A stretch of 61,398 nucleotides of DNA from Clostridia bacterium (GCA_022795075.1 JAAWGB010000005.1:1-61398), one strand, 5' to 3'; positions 1 to 11,030 are shown, counted from the first letter of the stretch. Notes: generated by a model not told the origin, from the sequence alone. A program made the numbers and translations.

Positions 1-4
1 TTAA

Positions 5-121
5 TTAGCAACATCCTCCTCTGTTACCACCGCAACAACAACAGATTAATAATATTAGGATTATAATCCAGCAACAATCATCACCAAATCCGAATCCACC
101 GCATCCTCTATTTTCTGGCAT
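5..121 (-). CDS. 38-aa Cys/Gly-rich small hydrophobic protein, probably sporulation-associated
   Basis: Manual translation MPENRGCGGFGFGDDCCWIIILILLICCCCGGNRGGCC*; GGAAGGGGG RBS upstream; below the ORF-track size cut-off. Confidence 0.7.
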   Translation of the reverse strand: MPENRGCGGFGFGDDCCWIIILILLICCCCGGNRGGCC

Positions 122-364
122 AGTCTAGACCCCCTTCCATAAAGAAATATGTTTTGTTTATTTTTTTTCTTTTGTTGTTTTCCTTTGTATGATATATAAT
201 ATGTAGTTAAGAAAAATGTGTTACAAATTAAAAAAATTATTAAAAATTTTAATTGTAAATAAAATGAAAACATGATAAAATTACAAATAAATCAATATGT
301 ATTTTTTGAAAGGAAGTAATAAAAAGAAGTATATTTGCAATATTAGAAAGGACGGAAACAAGAA

Positions 365-3300
365 ATGGAGCAAAAACCAAAAAAAGTTGGAGAAATATTT
401 AGTGACTATAAAACAAATAGCAATATAAAATATGCAGAAGTAAGAAACCTAAATATCATAAAAAAAACCAATACACTACAAGTTATTTTATACTTAGATG
501 AATATATAGAAATAAAAGAAATATGGTATTTTGAAAACTTTTTAAAAGAAAGATTTCAATTTCATCATATAAATATAGAAATTAACTATCATGAAAAAGT
601 AGAAAAGAAATCCATTACAGACGAATGGAAAAACATCATTGCTTATATGGCACATAAATATCCCTTAGCCAAGCCAATGCTACTATTAAAAAGTAAAGTA
701 GAAGTAAAAGACCATACCATATATATTGAAATGCACATTAAAGGAGCAGAATTTTTAAGAGCCAAAAAAACGGACAAAGAATTGCAAAAAACCATTAAAA
801 ATTTATTTGGGCAAGAATATATCATAGAAATAATCGAAAAACTATCAGCAAATGACATGAAAGAAATTCGTGAAAATATTGAAAATCAAGAAAATAGCAT
901 TAGAACCCAAATGGAAGAAGAAAATAAGCAGCATAAGATAGAAAAAGAAAACAAAATAGAAGAAGTTCCTATATACGAAGATTTAGACTATGCACCACCA
1001 ACAGAATTAGAATGTTACATTCCAAATGAAGAAATCGAAGAAACAGAAGAACAAGAATATATAATGGGAAAACCATCAAGAGCTAAAGAAAAATACATCA
1101 AAATCAAAGACATTACGGCAAATGATGGAAGAGTAACCTTAGAAGGAAGACTAGTAACCATACAAGTAAGAGAAACCAAATCAGGAAAAGGAATGATTAT
1201 CTTTGATTTATATGATGGAACAGGAACCATTACCTGTAAATCATTTGGAAAAGACTATTTGGAAGGAAAAGAAATAGAGGAAAAAATAAGCCAAGCAAAA
1301 GCCATAAAAGCTACAGGAAAAGCACAATTGGACAATTATGCAGGAGATGTTACCGTTATGGTAAATACAATTGTAGAAACCAATCATGATTTACCAGAAT
1401 TACCAACAGAAGAAGAACAAGAAGATACACCATTAATTTTAGGAGCAACCCCTAATATTACAGATCCATTGGTAAAAGTAGAAGACTTAGGAGTAGATGA
1501 TGGAAGAATTGCCCTGCAAGGAGAAGTTATTTTCTCAGAAGATAGAACACTAAAATCAGGAAAAACATTATTTAGTTTTGACTTATATGATGGAAGTAGT
1601 ACCATTACATGTAAAGCCTTTTTAGACAAAGAAAAAGCCAAAAAAACCATGAAAAGGATTCAAAATGCCAAAGCATTAATGGTAGCAGGAACAGCACAAA
1701 TGGATACCTTTTCCAATGAACTAACTGTCATGGCAAATACAATTGTAGAAACAGAAAATGAAATAAAAAAAGAAGTAAGAGAGGATCAAGCACCAGTAAA
1801 AAGAGTAGAATTACATATGCACACCCAAATGAGCCAAATGGATGCCATGACATCTGCCAAAGATTTAATCAAAAGAGCCATGAAATGGGGAATGAAATCA
1901 ATTGCGATTACAGATCATGGGGTAGTTCAAGCCTTTCCAGAAGCTCATAAAATGTTAGGATATGATAATCCAGACATGAAGATATTATATGGAGTAGAAG
2001 CTTATTTAGCCCCAGATAAAAATGCAATTGTAACAAATAGCAAAGGACAAGATATAGATACAACCACCTACTGTGTACTTGACTTAGAAACAACAGGATT
2101 TTCAGCAACAACAGAAAAAATTACAGAAGTAGGAATTATGAAAGTAAAAAATGGAGAAGTAATTGACCAATTTAGTTGTTTTGTAAATCCAGAAAAACAT
2201 ATTCCCCAAAGAGTTACAGAAGTAACTAACATTACAGACGACATGGTAAAAGATGCAAAAACCATTGAGCAAGTATTTCCTAAAATACTAGAATTTATAA
2301 AAGATTCTGTTTTAGTTGCCCATAATGCACCATTTGACATGGGATTTTTAAAACAAAATGCCAAAATTTTAGGTTATGAATTTGATTATACTTATCTAGA
2401 TACCTTGAGTTTAGCCAAAGATTTATTTCCAGATTACAAAAAATATAAATTAGGAAAAATTGCAGAAAACTTAGGCATAAAAGTAGAAGTAGCACATCGA
2501 GCTTTAGATGATGTAGATACAACTGTTAAAGTATTTAATGTGATGTTAGATATGCTAAAAAAGCGTGGAGCCCAAAAGATAGATGATATAGATGAAGTAA
2601 GTAGTACAGAAGAAACCAAAAAAGAAGAATACAAAAAATTAAAAACCTATCATGCGATCATTTTAGCCAAAAACTATGTAGGATTACGAAATCTATATAA
2701 ATTAGTTTCCCTTTCTCACTTACATTATTTTTATAGAAAACCTAGAATTTTAAAAAGCTTATACAAAAAATATTCAGAAGGATTAATGTTAGGAAGTGCC
2801 TGTGAAGCAGGAGAACTTTACCAAGCAATTGAGCTTGGTAAAACAGATGAAGAAATTGAAGCCATAGCCAATGATTATGATTATTTAGAAATTCAACCAA
2901 TTGGCAATAATCAATTTTTAATCCGAAACGAAACCGTAAAAGATGAAGAAGTTCTGCGAGATATTAACCGAAGAATTGTGGACTTAGGAGAAAAATTGAA
3001 CAAACCAGTAGTAGCAACTTGTGATGTTCATTTTATGGATCCACAAGATGAAGTGTATCGACGTATCTTAGAAGCAGGTCAAGGCTATGAAGATGCAGAT
3101 AATCAAGCACCTTTGTATTTGAGAACAACCGAAGAAATGCTAGAAGAATTTAGTTATTTAGGAAAAGAAAAAGCCTATGAAGTAGTAGTAACAAACACCA
3201 ATTTAATAGCCGATAGGTGTGATCGAATTAGTCCCATTTCGCCAGAAAAATGTCCACCACATATACCTGGTTGTGAACAAACAATTAAAGATATTGCCTA

Positions 3301-5137
3301 TGAAAAAGCACACGAATTATATGGAAATCCATTGCCAGAAATTGTACAAGAAAGATTAGACAAAGAACTGGATTCTATTATTCGAAATGGATTTTCAGTT
3401 ATGTATATAATTGCTCAAAAATTAGTATGGAAGTCAAATGAAGACGGCTATATTGTAGGTTCAAGAGGGTCAGTAGGTTCCTCTTTTGCAGCCAACATGA
3501 CAGGTATTACAGAAGTAAATTCCCTGCCAGCACATTACCGATGCCCAAACTGTAAATATTCAGATTTTACAGATTATGGCTATAAAAATGGATTTGACTT
3601 ACCAGATAAACCATGTCCAAAATGTGGGCACGCCTTAGATAAAGATGGTATGGATATTCCATTTGAAACCTTTTTAGGTTTTAATGGAGATAAAGAGCCT
3701 GATATTGACTTAAACTTTTCTGGAGAATACCAAGCCAAAGCTCATAAATACACAGAAGTTATCTTTGGAAAAGGAACGACTTTTAAAGCAGGAACCATTG
3801 GAACCATAGCAGATAAGACAGCCTTTGGATATGTAAAAAAATATTTTGAAGAAAGGCACATTCCAATCAATCGAGCAGAAACACAAAGACTAGCAAGTGG
3901 CTGTACAGGAATTAAAAGAACAACAGGGCAACATCCAGGGGGAATTATTGTTGTACCAAAAGGAAGAGAAATTTATGAATTTTGTCCCGTACAACATCCA
4001 GCAGATGACCCCAATTCAGATATTGTAACAACACATTTTGATTATCACTCTATTGACCAAAACTTATTAAAATTAGATATCTTAGGTCATGATGATCCAA
4101 CCATGATAAGAATGTTGCAAGATATAACAGGAATTGACCCAACGAAAGTTCCGTTAGATGATAAAGAAACCATGTCCATTTTTAGTTCGACCCAAGCACT
4201 TGGTGTAACACCCGAACAGATTCACTCTGAAGTAGGAAGTTTCGGTGTACCAGAATTTGGAACGAAATTTGTAAGAGGGATGTTAGTTGATACAAGACCA
4301 ACGACTTTTGATGAATTAATTAGAATATCAGGGTTATCACATGGAACAGACGTATGGCTGGGTAATGCTCAAAGTTTAATTGAAGCAGGAACGGTTACTT
4401 TGCAAGATGCTATTTGTTGTCGTGATGATATTATGATTTATCTAATCAAACAAGGCTTGCCACCTAATCCAGCTTTTAAAATTATGGAAACGGTGCGTAA
4501 AGGAAAGGCTTTAAAAGATCCAGAAAAATGGGCAGAATATGTAGGGTTAATGAAAGAACATGATGTGCCAGATTGGTATATTAAATCTTGTGAAAAAATA
4601 AAGTATATGTTCCCAAAAGCCCATGCAGCAGCCTATGTAACAAATGCTTTTCGTATTGCATGGTTTAAAGTGCATGAACCATTAGCTTATTATGCCTCTT
4701 ATTTTTCAATTCGAGCAGATGAATTTGATAGTGAGTGTATGATTTTTGGAAAAGAAAAGGTTAAAAACAAAATGAAGGAAATCGATTTAGCTGGAAATTC
4801 TGCAACTGTAAAAGATAAGAATATGTATGCTATTTTGGAATTGGTTTTGGAAATGTATGAAAGAGGATTTCATTTCTTGAAGATGGATTTGTATGAATCA
4901 GATGCTACTAAGTTTTTGGTAGAAGATGATGGTATTCGTCCGCCATTAAATAGTATACCAGGTCTTGGAACGATTGCTGCACAAGGAATTGCAAAAGCAA
5001 GGAAAGATGGAAAGTTTATGTCTATTGATGATTTGAAAATACGTGCAAAAGTAGGTAATTCTGTAACAGATTTATTGAAAAGTTTTGGATGTTTAGAGGG
5101 AATGAGCCAAAGTAATCAAATGAGTTTATTTGGCTAA
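365..5137 (+). CDS. polC: DNA polymerase III PolC-type alpha subunit, with two tandem OB folds
   Basis: PHP motifs ELHMHT and AITDHG, exonuclease DLETTG, GSRGSVGSS, KEPDIDLNFSG, C-terminal QMSLF clamp motif. Confidence 0.98.
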   Translation: MEQKPKKVGEIFSDYKTNSNIKYAEVRNLNIIKKTNTLQVILYLDEYIEIKEIWYFENFLKERFQFHHINIEINYHEKVEKKSITDEWKNIIAYMAHKYPLAKPMLLLKSKVEVKDHTIYIEMHIKGAEFLRAKKTDKELQKTIKNLFGQEYIIEIIEKLSANDMKEIRENIENQENSIRTQMEEENKQHKIEKENKIEEVPIYEDLDYAPPTELECYIPNEEIEETEEQEYIMGKPSRAKEKYIKIKDITANDGRVTLEGRLVTIQVRETKSGKGMIIFDLYDGTGTITCKSFGKDYLEGKEIEEKISQAKAIKATGKAQLDNYAGDVTVMVNTIVETNHDLPELPTEEEQEDTPLILGATPNITDPLVKVEDLGVDDGRIALQGEVIFSEDRTLKSGKTLFSFDLYDGSSTITCKAFLDKEKAKKTMKRIQNAKALMVAGTAQMDTFSNELTVMANTIVETENEIKKEVREDQAPVKRVELHMHTQMSQMDAMTSAKDLIKRAMKWGMKSIAITDHGVVQAFPEAHKMLGYDNPDMKILYGVEAYLAPDKNAIVTNSKGQDIDTTTYCVLDLETTGFSATTEKITEVGIMKVKNGEVIDQFSCFVNPEKHIPQRVTEVTNITDDMVKDAKTIEQVFPKILEFIKDSVLVAHNAPFDMGFLKQNAKILGYEFDYTYLDTLSLAKDLFPDYKKYKLGKIAENLGIKVEVAHRALDDVDTTVKVFNVMLDMLKKRGAQKIDDIDEVSSTEETKKEEYKKLKTYHAIILAKNYVGLRNLYKLVSLSHLHYFYRKPRILKSLYKKYSEGLMLGSACEAGELYQAIELGKTDEEIEAIANDYDYLEIQPIGNNQFLIRNETVKDEEVLRDINRRIVDLGEKLNKPVVATCDVHFMDPQDEVYRRILEAGQGYEDADNQAPLYLRTTEEMLEEFSYLGKEKAYEVVVTNTNLIADRCDRISPISPEKCPPHIPGCEQTIKDIAYEKAHELYGNPLPEIVQERLDKELDSIIRNGFSVMYIIAQKLVWKSNEDGYIVGSRGSVGSSFAANMTGITEVNSLPAHYRCPNCKYSDFTDYGYKNGFDLPDKPCPKCGHALDKDGMDIPFETFLGFNGDKEPDIDLNFSGEYQAKAHKYTEVIFGKGTTFKAGTIGTIADKTAFGYVKKYFEERHIPINRAETQRLASGCTGIKRTTGQHPGGIIVVPKGREIYEFCPVQHPADDPNSDIVTTHFDYHSIDQNLLKLDILGHDDPTMIRMLQDITGIDPTKVPLDDKETMSIFSSTQALGVTPEQIHSEVGSFGVPEFGTKFVRGMLVDTRPTTFDELIRISGLSHGTDVWLGNAQSLIEAGTVTLQDAICCRDDIMIYLIKQGLPPNPAFKIMETVRKGKALKDPEKWAEYVGLMKEHDVPDWYIKSCEKIKYMFPKAHAAAYVTNAFRIAWFKVHEPLAYYASYFSIRADEFDSECMIFGKEKVKNKMKEIDLAGNSATVKDKNMYAILELVLEMYERGFHFLKMDLYESDATKFLVEDDGIRPPLNSIPGLGTIAAQGIAKARKDGKFMSIDDLKIRAKVGNSVTDLLKSFGCLEGMSQSNQMSLFG

Positions 5138-5154
5138 ATATATTATGAATGAGA

Positions 5155-5366
5155 TATTTATTAAAAATACAAATTATTCTAAAATTAAGAATGTTTAATC
5201 TGTCCAAGCTATTTGTAATAGAAAATGTAAGGAAGTATTTTAGGAGAATCTCAAAAAGGGATTTTTGAGATTCTCCTAAAATATTTCCTAACATTTTCTA
5301 ATTACAAATACTTTCCATTTTAAACATTTTTAATTTTAGAATAGTTTGTATTTTTATTAATAAATA
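5155..5366. repeat. ~210-bp imperfect palindrome downstream of polC
   Basis: TTTTAGGAGAATCTCAAAAA / TTTTTGAGATTCTCCTAAAA at the centre, pairing continues out to TATTTATTAA / TTAATAAATA. Confidence 0.85.
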
Positions 5367-5425
5367 GGTTACAGTTCACTAGGAAACATTTGAATTATCT
5401 ATTTTATTCTCAGTGAACTGTAACC
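5367..5425. repeat. 14-bp perfect inverted repeat hairpin
   Basis: GGTTACAGTTCACT ... AGTGAACTGTAACC. Confidence 0.75.
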
Positions 5426-5454
5426 CTAAATGACTTATATTTAGTGTTTACAAG

Positions 5455-5483
5455 TTGACAAAGTGCTAAACATAATATAAAAT
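5455..5483 (+). promoter_or_regulatory. sigma-A type promoter of the HD-domain gene
   Basis: TTGACA-17-TAAAAT. Confidence 0.65.
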
Positions 5484-5518
5484 GTCAATAAAGAAGAATT
5501 AAAAATGAGGTAAAAAAG

Positions 5519-6578
5519 ATGAGAAATTACATAGAAACCTTAAAACCAGAAATACAAGAATACTTTAAAATACTATCACCAGAAGGAGTACCAGAATTTT
5601 TAGAGGAATATATTCAAACCCAACAAATGCAGCAACAATCACAAGTAAGTATGACATGTGGAACATTCTATTCAAAAATGTTTCCAAACAAATTTTGGTA
5701 TTCTAGTTTAGATCATAGCATAGGAGTGGCTTTAATCATTTGGAATTTTACTAAAGATAAAAAGCAAACTTTAGCAGGTTTATTTCATGACATTGCAACA
5801 CCTGTTTTTAAACATGTAGTTGATTATATGAATGGAGATTATGAAACACAAGAGTCAACAGAAGAGTTAACCAGTCAAATTATATTAGAATCAAAGGAAA
5901 TTATGAACTTATTAAATAGAGATGGGATAAAAATTGAAGAAGTAGAAGATTATCATAAATATCCAATTGCAGATAATGATACACCACGGACTTTCAAGTG
6001 ACAGATTAGAATATACACTAATAAATGGTCTAGGAGCGACAGAAGAACTTTGGAATTTAGAACAAGTAAAAGAAATTTATCAAAATATAGAAATACAAAA
6101 AAATGAAGAAGGAATAGAAGAACTTGGATTTAAAGACAAAGAAATGGCAGAAAAATTTGTACAAGTTATGAGTAGATTATCTAATAAATATATAGAAAAC
6201 AAAACCAAATATTCGATGCAGTTTTTAGCAGATGTTATGAAAAAAATGGCAGAAAAAAAACTAATTTGTACAAAAGATTTATATCATTTATCAGAAAAAG
6301 AAGTGATAGAAAGAATTAAAAAATGTGATGAAAATCATATTGCTAGAAATTTTGAAATTTGGCAAAATGCTACTAAAATAAAAGAAAGTGATAAATTAGT
6401 AGCAGGAAAATATTGTGTAAGTGTTACCAACCCAAAGGTTAGATACATTGTACCATTAGTAAAAGTAGAAAAAGATTATATAAGAGTTGATAAACTATCT
6501 AAAAAAGCTAGTCAAGATATAGAAAAAGCTAAAAATTTTAGAACGAAAGAATTTGCTTATTTAGATTTTTCATTTTAG
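5519..6578 (+). CDS. HD-domain phosphohydrolase, ~352 aa, needs +1 shift at CGG 5987-5989
   Basis: DHSIGV and AGLFHD motifs; CCA C GGA CTT joins ADNDTP to GLSSDRLEY, merging two track ORFs. Confidence 0.85.
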
Positions 6579-6609
6579 ATGATAAGTTCAAAAGAAAAGA
6601 GGAAGAAGA

Positions 6610-6921
6610 ATGATTGGACAACCAACAACGATTCATTTAGAACAAATATTTTCGATACAAAATATTTTACTTTATTTATTAGCCATTAATCTTTTTGGTT
6701 TTTTCATTATGTGGTTAGATAAAAGAAAAGCTAGAAAAGGTTCTTGGAGAATTCCAGAGAAGACATTATTTATCATTACTGCTTTAGGTGGTGGAATTGG
6801 TACAATAGCGGGGATGTATACTTTTAGGCATAAGACACAAAAGTTAAATTTTGTAATAGGCTTTCCGTTTATTACAATATTAGAGATAATTGCTATTATT
6901 TATTGGATGTTTTTCGATTAA
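6610..6921 (+). CDS. DUF1294 family membrane protein
   Basis: DKRKA..WRIPEKTL..GGGIG..FRHKT signature. Confidence 0.9.
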   Translation: MIGQPTTIHLEQIFSIQNILLYLLAINLFGFFIMWLDKRKARKGSWRIPEKTLFIITALGGGIGTIAGMYTFRHKTQKLNFVIGFPFITILEIIAIIYWMFFD

Positions 6922-7089
6922 AGAAATCAAATATATTATGTTGTTTAGGAAAAAACAAGAAAACTAGAAAAGCTTGAAAAATAAGCAAAATCTAGTTTTT
7001 TTATTTTTGAAAAAAATCAAAAAATGAGTACACATAAAAAGTGAAAAACATAAAGTTTAAGTCAATATATTATAGCAACTAAATTAAAA

Positions 7090-7398
7090 TGTGAACAACT
7101 TGTGAATGAAACATGAGTAAAGAAAGTTATTCACAAAGTTTTCCACAGTTTCCACAAAAAAATAAAAACTAAAAAATAATAAAAAATAAAAAAAATGGGA
7201 AACATAAAATTAATAAGAATACATAATTGTAACACAATTGAAATATTTTTGTAACAAAAACGGCGAATGTTGTAAAATTTGAAAGAAAAAAGGGAAATTT
7301 AAAAAGAAAAATAAAAAATCAAAATACCAAAATGCAACATAATTGTAATATTATTGTAAAATAGAAAAAGGAAAAATGATACGATAAATTGTGGATAA
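7090..7398. promoter_or_regulatory. Cluster of DnaA-box-like 9-mers
   Basis: TTATTCACA 7127, TTTTCCACA 7139, TGTGGATAA 7390 (consensus), plus near matches at 7090, 7101 and 7148. Confidence 0.55.
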
Positions 7399-7484
7399 TT
7401 AAAAAAATAAAGTGGAAAATAACGAAATTGGTAGAAAATACATATAATAAATAAAGAGAAGGTTAGTAGAAGAGGAGAAAGGAC

Positions 7485-7841
7485 ATGATTCATAAATTAA
7501 GATATTTATTAAATAGAAATCGATGTTGTATGCAAACCGAAATTACGTTGCAACAGTTAAAAAAGTTGGTAGAACAAGGAGCCGTTTTGGTAGATGTTAG
7601 AAGTCCACAGGAATTTGAGGAAGGACATTTAGAAAATGCAATTTTATTGCCAGAGTATGAAATAAAAGAAAATGTTAAGCAAATTTTGCCGAATCAAGAA
7701 CAAATGATTATTGTTTATTGTAGTACAGGTCATAGAGGACAAAAAGCACAACAAATTTTGAATCAATATGGTTATCAAAAAGTTTATAATTTATGTAAGG
7801 GTTTAGAAAATTACGATTCTATTGATATGGTAAAGAGATAA
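7485..7841 (+). CDS. Rhodanese-like domain protein
   Basis: LVDVRSPQEFEEGHL and VYCSTGHRG motifs; AGGAGAAAGG RBS. Confidence 0.9.
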   Translation: MIHKLRYLLNRNRCCMQTEITLQQLKKLVEQGAVLVDVRSPQEFEEGHLENAILLPEYEIKENVKQILPNQEQMIIVYCSTGHRGQKAQQILNQYGYQKVYNLCKGLENYDSIDMVKR

Positions 7842-7869
7842 AAATTTTAACATATCTTAGAAGGATAAG

Positions 7870-7899
7870 GCCCCCACATCTCTTTGCGAGGGTGGGGGC
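7870..7899. terminator. GC-rich hairpin between convergent genes
   Basis: GCCCCCAC ... GTGGGGGC. Confidence 0.7.
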
Positions 7900-7912
7900 T
7901 TGACAAACTGCG

Positions 7913-8179
7913 TTAATTGTTAAACAATTTGTCAATCTTTTTTCGAGGATTACACCAAAAAGGGACTTTGTATCCCACCGCAAGGCAGTAAATTCCATCC
8001 TTGTCAGGCAAAAACATTGAAGTTCCCAAAGGTTTCCATTTCAAAGAAGCCATTAATTCATGAGATCCCCTACATGTAGGGGATGAATTGTCTGCTGCTG
8101 TTCCAATAAATATGGTTTTTTCTCTTTTATAAAACCGAACTACAAAGTTGTTACCATCTTTTTTATAGTGTTTTGTCAT
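7913..8179 (-). CDS. Orphan hypothetical protein, 88 aa, stand-alone cassette
   Basis: GGAGG RBS before ATG at 8179; TTGACT-17-TATAAT promoter with TG at 8240-8268; own hairpin terminator. Confidence 0.7.
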   Translation of the reverse strand: MTKHYKKDGNNFVVRFYKREKTIFIGTAADNSSPTCRGSHELMASLKWKPLGTSMFLPDKDGIYCLAVGYKVPFWCNPRKKIDKLFNN

Positions 8180-8424
8180 ATGGTTTTCCTCCAAAATATG
8201 ATTGATAAGTTACAGTGAGTCGAAACTCATTACACATTCATTATATCATATCTACATAAAAAAGTCAAAAATCGACTCGTACATATCTGGTTACAGACAT
8301 TCATAATTTATTTTCAGTCAACTGCAACCAATTTTTTTATTCCATCTAATTTAACTATTGTAGTTTTTAAGGTTGTATGTTAAAATAACAAATATAAGTT
8401 TAACGCAAAAAAAGGAGAACATAC

Positions 8425-10239
8425 ATGAATAATAGACAAGAACATATTAGAAACTTTAGTATCATTGCCCATATTGATCATGGAAAATCAACTTTGGCAG
8501 ATAGACTAATCGAAATGACAGGAGTACTATCCAAAAGAGAAATGGAAAGTCAAGTCTTAGACAACATGGAAATTGAAAAAGAAAGAGGAATTACTATAAA
8601 ATCACAAGCAGTTAGAATGATTTATAAGGCAAAAGATGGACAAGAATATACCTTAAATTTAATTGACACACCAGGTCATGTAGACTTTAATTATGAAGTA
8701 TCAAGAAGTTTGGCAGCATGTGATGGAGCCATTTTAGTAGTAGATTCTAGCCAAGGCGTAGAAGCACAAACTTTGGCAAATGTCTATTTAGCCATTGACA
8801 ATAATTTAGAGATATTACCAGTACTCAACAAAATTGATTTACCAAATGCAAGAGTAGAAGAAGTGAAACAAGAAATAGAAGATATAATTGGCATACCAGC
8901 AGAAGATGCACCCTGTATTTCGGCTAAATCTGGTTTAAATGTAGAAGAAGTATTAGAAAAAATTGTAACACAATTACCAGCCCCAAAAGGAGACGAAAAC
9001 GAAAAAGTAAAATGTTTGATATTTGACTCATACTATGATAATTACAAAGGAGCAGTAGCTTATGTAAGAGTAGTAGATGGAACCGTAAAAATAGGAGATG
9101 AAATCAAATTAATGGCAACCAATAAAACATTTACGGTAGCAGAAGTAGGTCATTTTATACCAGGATCCTATATGCCAACAAATGAAATAAAAGCAGGAGA
9201 AGTTGGTTATGTAGCAGCAAGCATCAAAAATTTAGCTGATATCCATGTAGGAGACACCATTACCCTTAAAAATAATCCAGCACAAGAGCCATTAAAAGGA
9301 TACAAAAAAGTAACACCAATGGTTTATTGTGGTTTGTATCCAATTGATGGTAGCCAATATGAGGCATTAAAAGAAGCATTAGAAAAACTAAAACTAAATG
9401 ATGCAGCTTTAGAATATGAGGCAGAAACTTCAGCAGCATTAGGATTTGGATTTCGTTGTGGTTTTTTAGGATTATTACATTTAGAAATTATAGAAGAAAG
9501 ATTAGATAGAGAATTTGACTTAGGACTTATCACAACAGCACCTTCTGTTATTTATAAGGTATATAAAACAGATGGGACCATTATTGAATTATACAATCCA
9601 GAAGACTTACCAAAACCGCAAGAAATATCTTATATAGAAGAACCATTTGTAACAGCCAATATCTTAACACCAAAAGACTATGTAGGAAACATTATGGAAC
9701 TATGTCAAAGAAGACGTGGTGTTTATATTGATATGAAATATTTAGACGAAAATCGAGTAACACTTGTCTATGAAATGCCATTAAACGAAATTATATATGA
9801 CTTTTTTGATAACTTAAAATCCAAAACGAAGGGATATGCTTCTTTAGACTATGAATTCAAAGAATATAGAAAATCCAACCTAGTAAAATTAGACATTCAT
9901 ATTAATGGCGAGCCAGTAGATGCCTTAAGTTTTATTGTACATAAAGATAGTAGTTACGAAAGAGGCAAGAAAATGGTAGAAAAATTAAAAACAGTCATAC
10001 CAAGAAAATTATTTAAAATACCAATACAAGCAGCAGTAGGTGGACAAATTATAGCAAGAGAAACCATATCGGCTATGAGAAAAGATGTGCTGGCTAAATG
10101 TTATGGTGGAGATATTACAAGAAAGAAAAAATTATTAGAAAAGCAAAAAAGAGGAAAAAAGAAAATGCGAGAAATTGGTAATGTAGAAATACCACAAGAA
10201 GCATTTTTATCAGTACTAAAATTAGATGATGAATCATAA
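8425..10239 (+). CDS. lepA: Elongation factor 4
   Basis: [43 protein letters not shown]. Confidence 0.99.
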   Translation: MNNRQEHIRNFSIIAHIDHGKSTLADRLIEMTGVLSKREMESQVLDNMEIEKERGITIKSQAVRMIYKAKDGQEYTLNLIDTPGHVDFNYEVSRSLAACDGAILVVDSSQGVEAQTLANVYLAIDNNLEILPVLNKIDLPNARVEEVKQEIEDIIGIPAEDAPCISAKSGLNVEEVLEKIVTQLPAPKGDENEKVKCLIFDSYYDNYKGAVAYVRVVDGTVKIGDEIKLMATNKTFTVAEVGHFIPGSYMPTNEIKAGEVGYVAASIKNLADIHVGDTITLKNNPAQEPLKGYKKVTPMVYCGLYPIDGSQYEALKEALEKLKLNDAALEYEAETSAALGFGFRCGFLGLLHLEIIEERLDREFDLGLITTAPSVIYKVYKTDGTIIELYNPEDLPKPQEISYIEEPFVTANILTPKDYVGNIMELCQRRRGVYIDMKYLDENRVTLVYEMPLNEIIYDFFDNLKSKTKGYASLDYEFKEYRKSNLVKLDIHINGEPVDALSFIVHKDSSYERGKKMVEKLKTVIPRKLFKIPIQAAVGGQIIARETISAMRKDVLAKCYGGDITRKKKLLEKQKRGKKKMREIGNVEIPQEAFLSVLKLDDES

Positions 10240-10277
10240 TTTTGGAAACGAATCAAAAATCATGGAAAGGAAGAAAA

Positions 10278-11030
10278 ATGGAAATAAAAAAGGCTTATAG
10301 TGACCAAGTAGAAGGCAGAAATGCAGTAATTGAACTATTAGAAAGTGGAAAAGATATTAATAAAATATTTCTTACAAAAGGGGAAAGACATGGTTCTATC
10401 AACAAAATTATTAGTATGGCAAAAGAAAATAAAGTGATTTTAGTAGAAAAGGAAAAAAGACAAATGGAGGAAATGGCACAAACTCCTAATTACCAAGGTG
10501 TAATTGCAATGGTTCCTCCTTACGAATATTGTGAGGTAGAAGATATTTTGCAAGAAGCTAAAAACAAAGGTGAAGAGCCATTTGTATTACTTTTGGATAG
10601 TATTGAAGATCCTCATAATTTGGGGTCAATTATTAGAACGGCTGAAACAGCTGGTGTTCATGGTATTATTATTCCGAAAAGAAGGGCTGCTACAGTCAAT
10701 AGTACAGTTAACAAAGTTTCAGCAGGAGCTGTGCAACATATGAAAATTGCTCGTGTAACAAATTTATCAGATACGATAGAAGACTTAAAAAAGAAAGGTC
10801 TTTGGATTTGTGGAACAGATATTGATACGAAAACTTATTATTATGACCAAGATTTGACAGGTGCAATTGGAATTGTGATTGGAAATGAAGGAAGTGGAAT
10901 TGGACAAAAAATAAAAAGTAATTGTGATTTTTTAGTCAAAATTCCAATGAAGGGAAAGGTAAATTCTCTAAATGCTTCTGTTTCAACAGGAATTATTTTA
11001 TATGAAGCGGTTAAACAAAGAAAAAATTAA
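10278..11030 (+). CDS. rlmB: 23S rRNA Gm2251 methyltransferase (SPOUT)
   Basis: EGRNAVIE, DPHNLGSIIR, GNEGSG, SLNASV; start placed after GGAAAGG RBS. Confidence 0.93.
   Translation: MEIKKAYSDQVEGRNAVIELLESGKDINKIFLTKGERHGSINKIISMAKENKVILVEKEKRQMEEMAQTPNYQGVIAMVPPYEYCEVEDILQEAKNKGEEPFVLLLDSIEDPHNLGSIIRTAETAGVHGIIIPKRRAATVNSTVNKVSAGAVQHMKIARVTNLSDTIEDLKKKGLWICGTDIDTKTYYYDQDLTGAIGIVIGNEGSGIGQKIKSNCDFLVKIPMKGKVNSLNASVSTGIILYEAVKQRKN

Noticed and set aside
61-273. Track ORF of 70 aa on the minus strand
   Set aside because: No RBS and AT-rich filler; the overlapping 5-121 ORF in another frame has an RBS and coherent composition.
5441-5470. Possible second CIRCE (TTAGTGTTT..AAGTGCTAA)
   Set aside because: Left arm has several mismatches and the spacer is 11, not 9; the downstream gene is not a chaperone.
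6922-7484. oriC
   Set aside because: No dnaA/dnaN nearby and no switch in gene orientation; kept only as a DnaA-box cluster.
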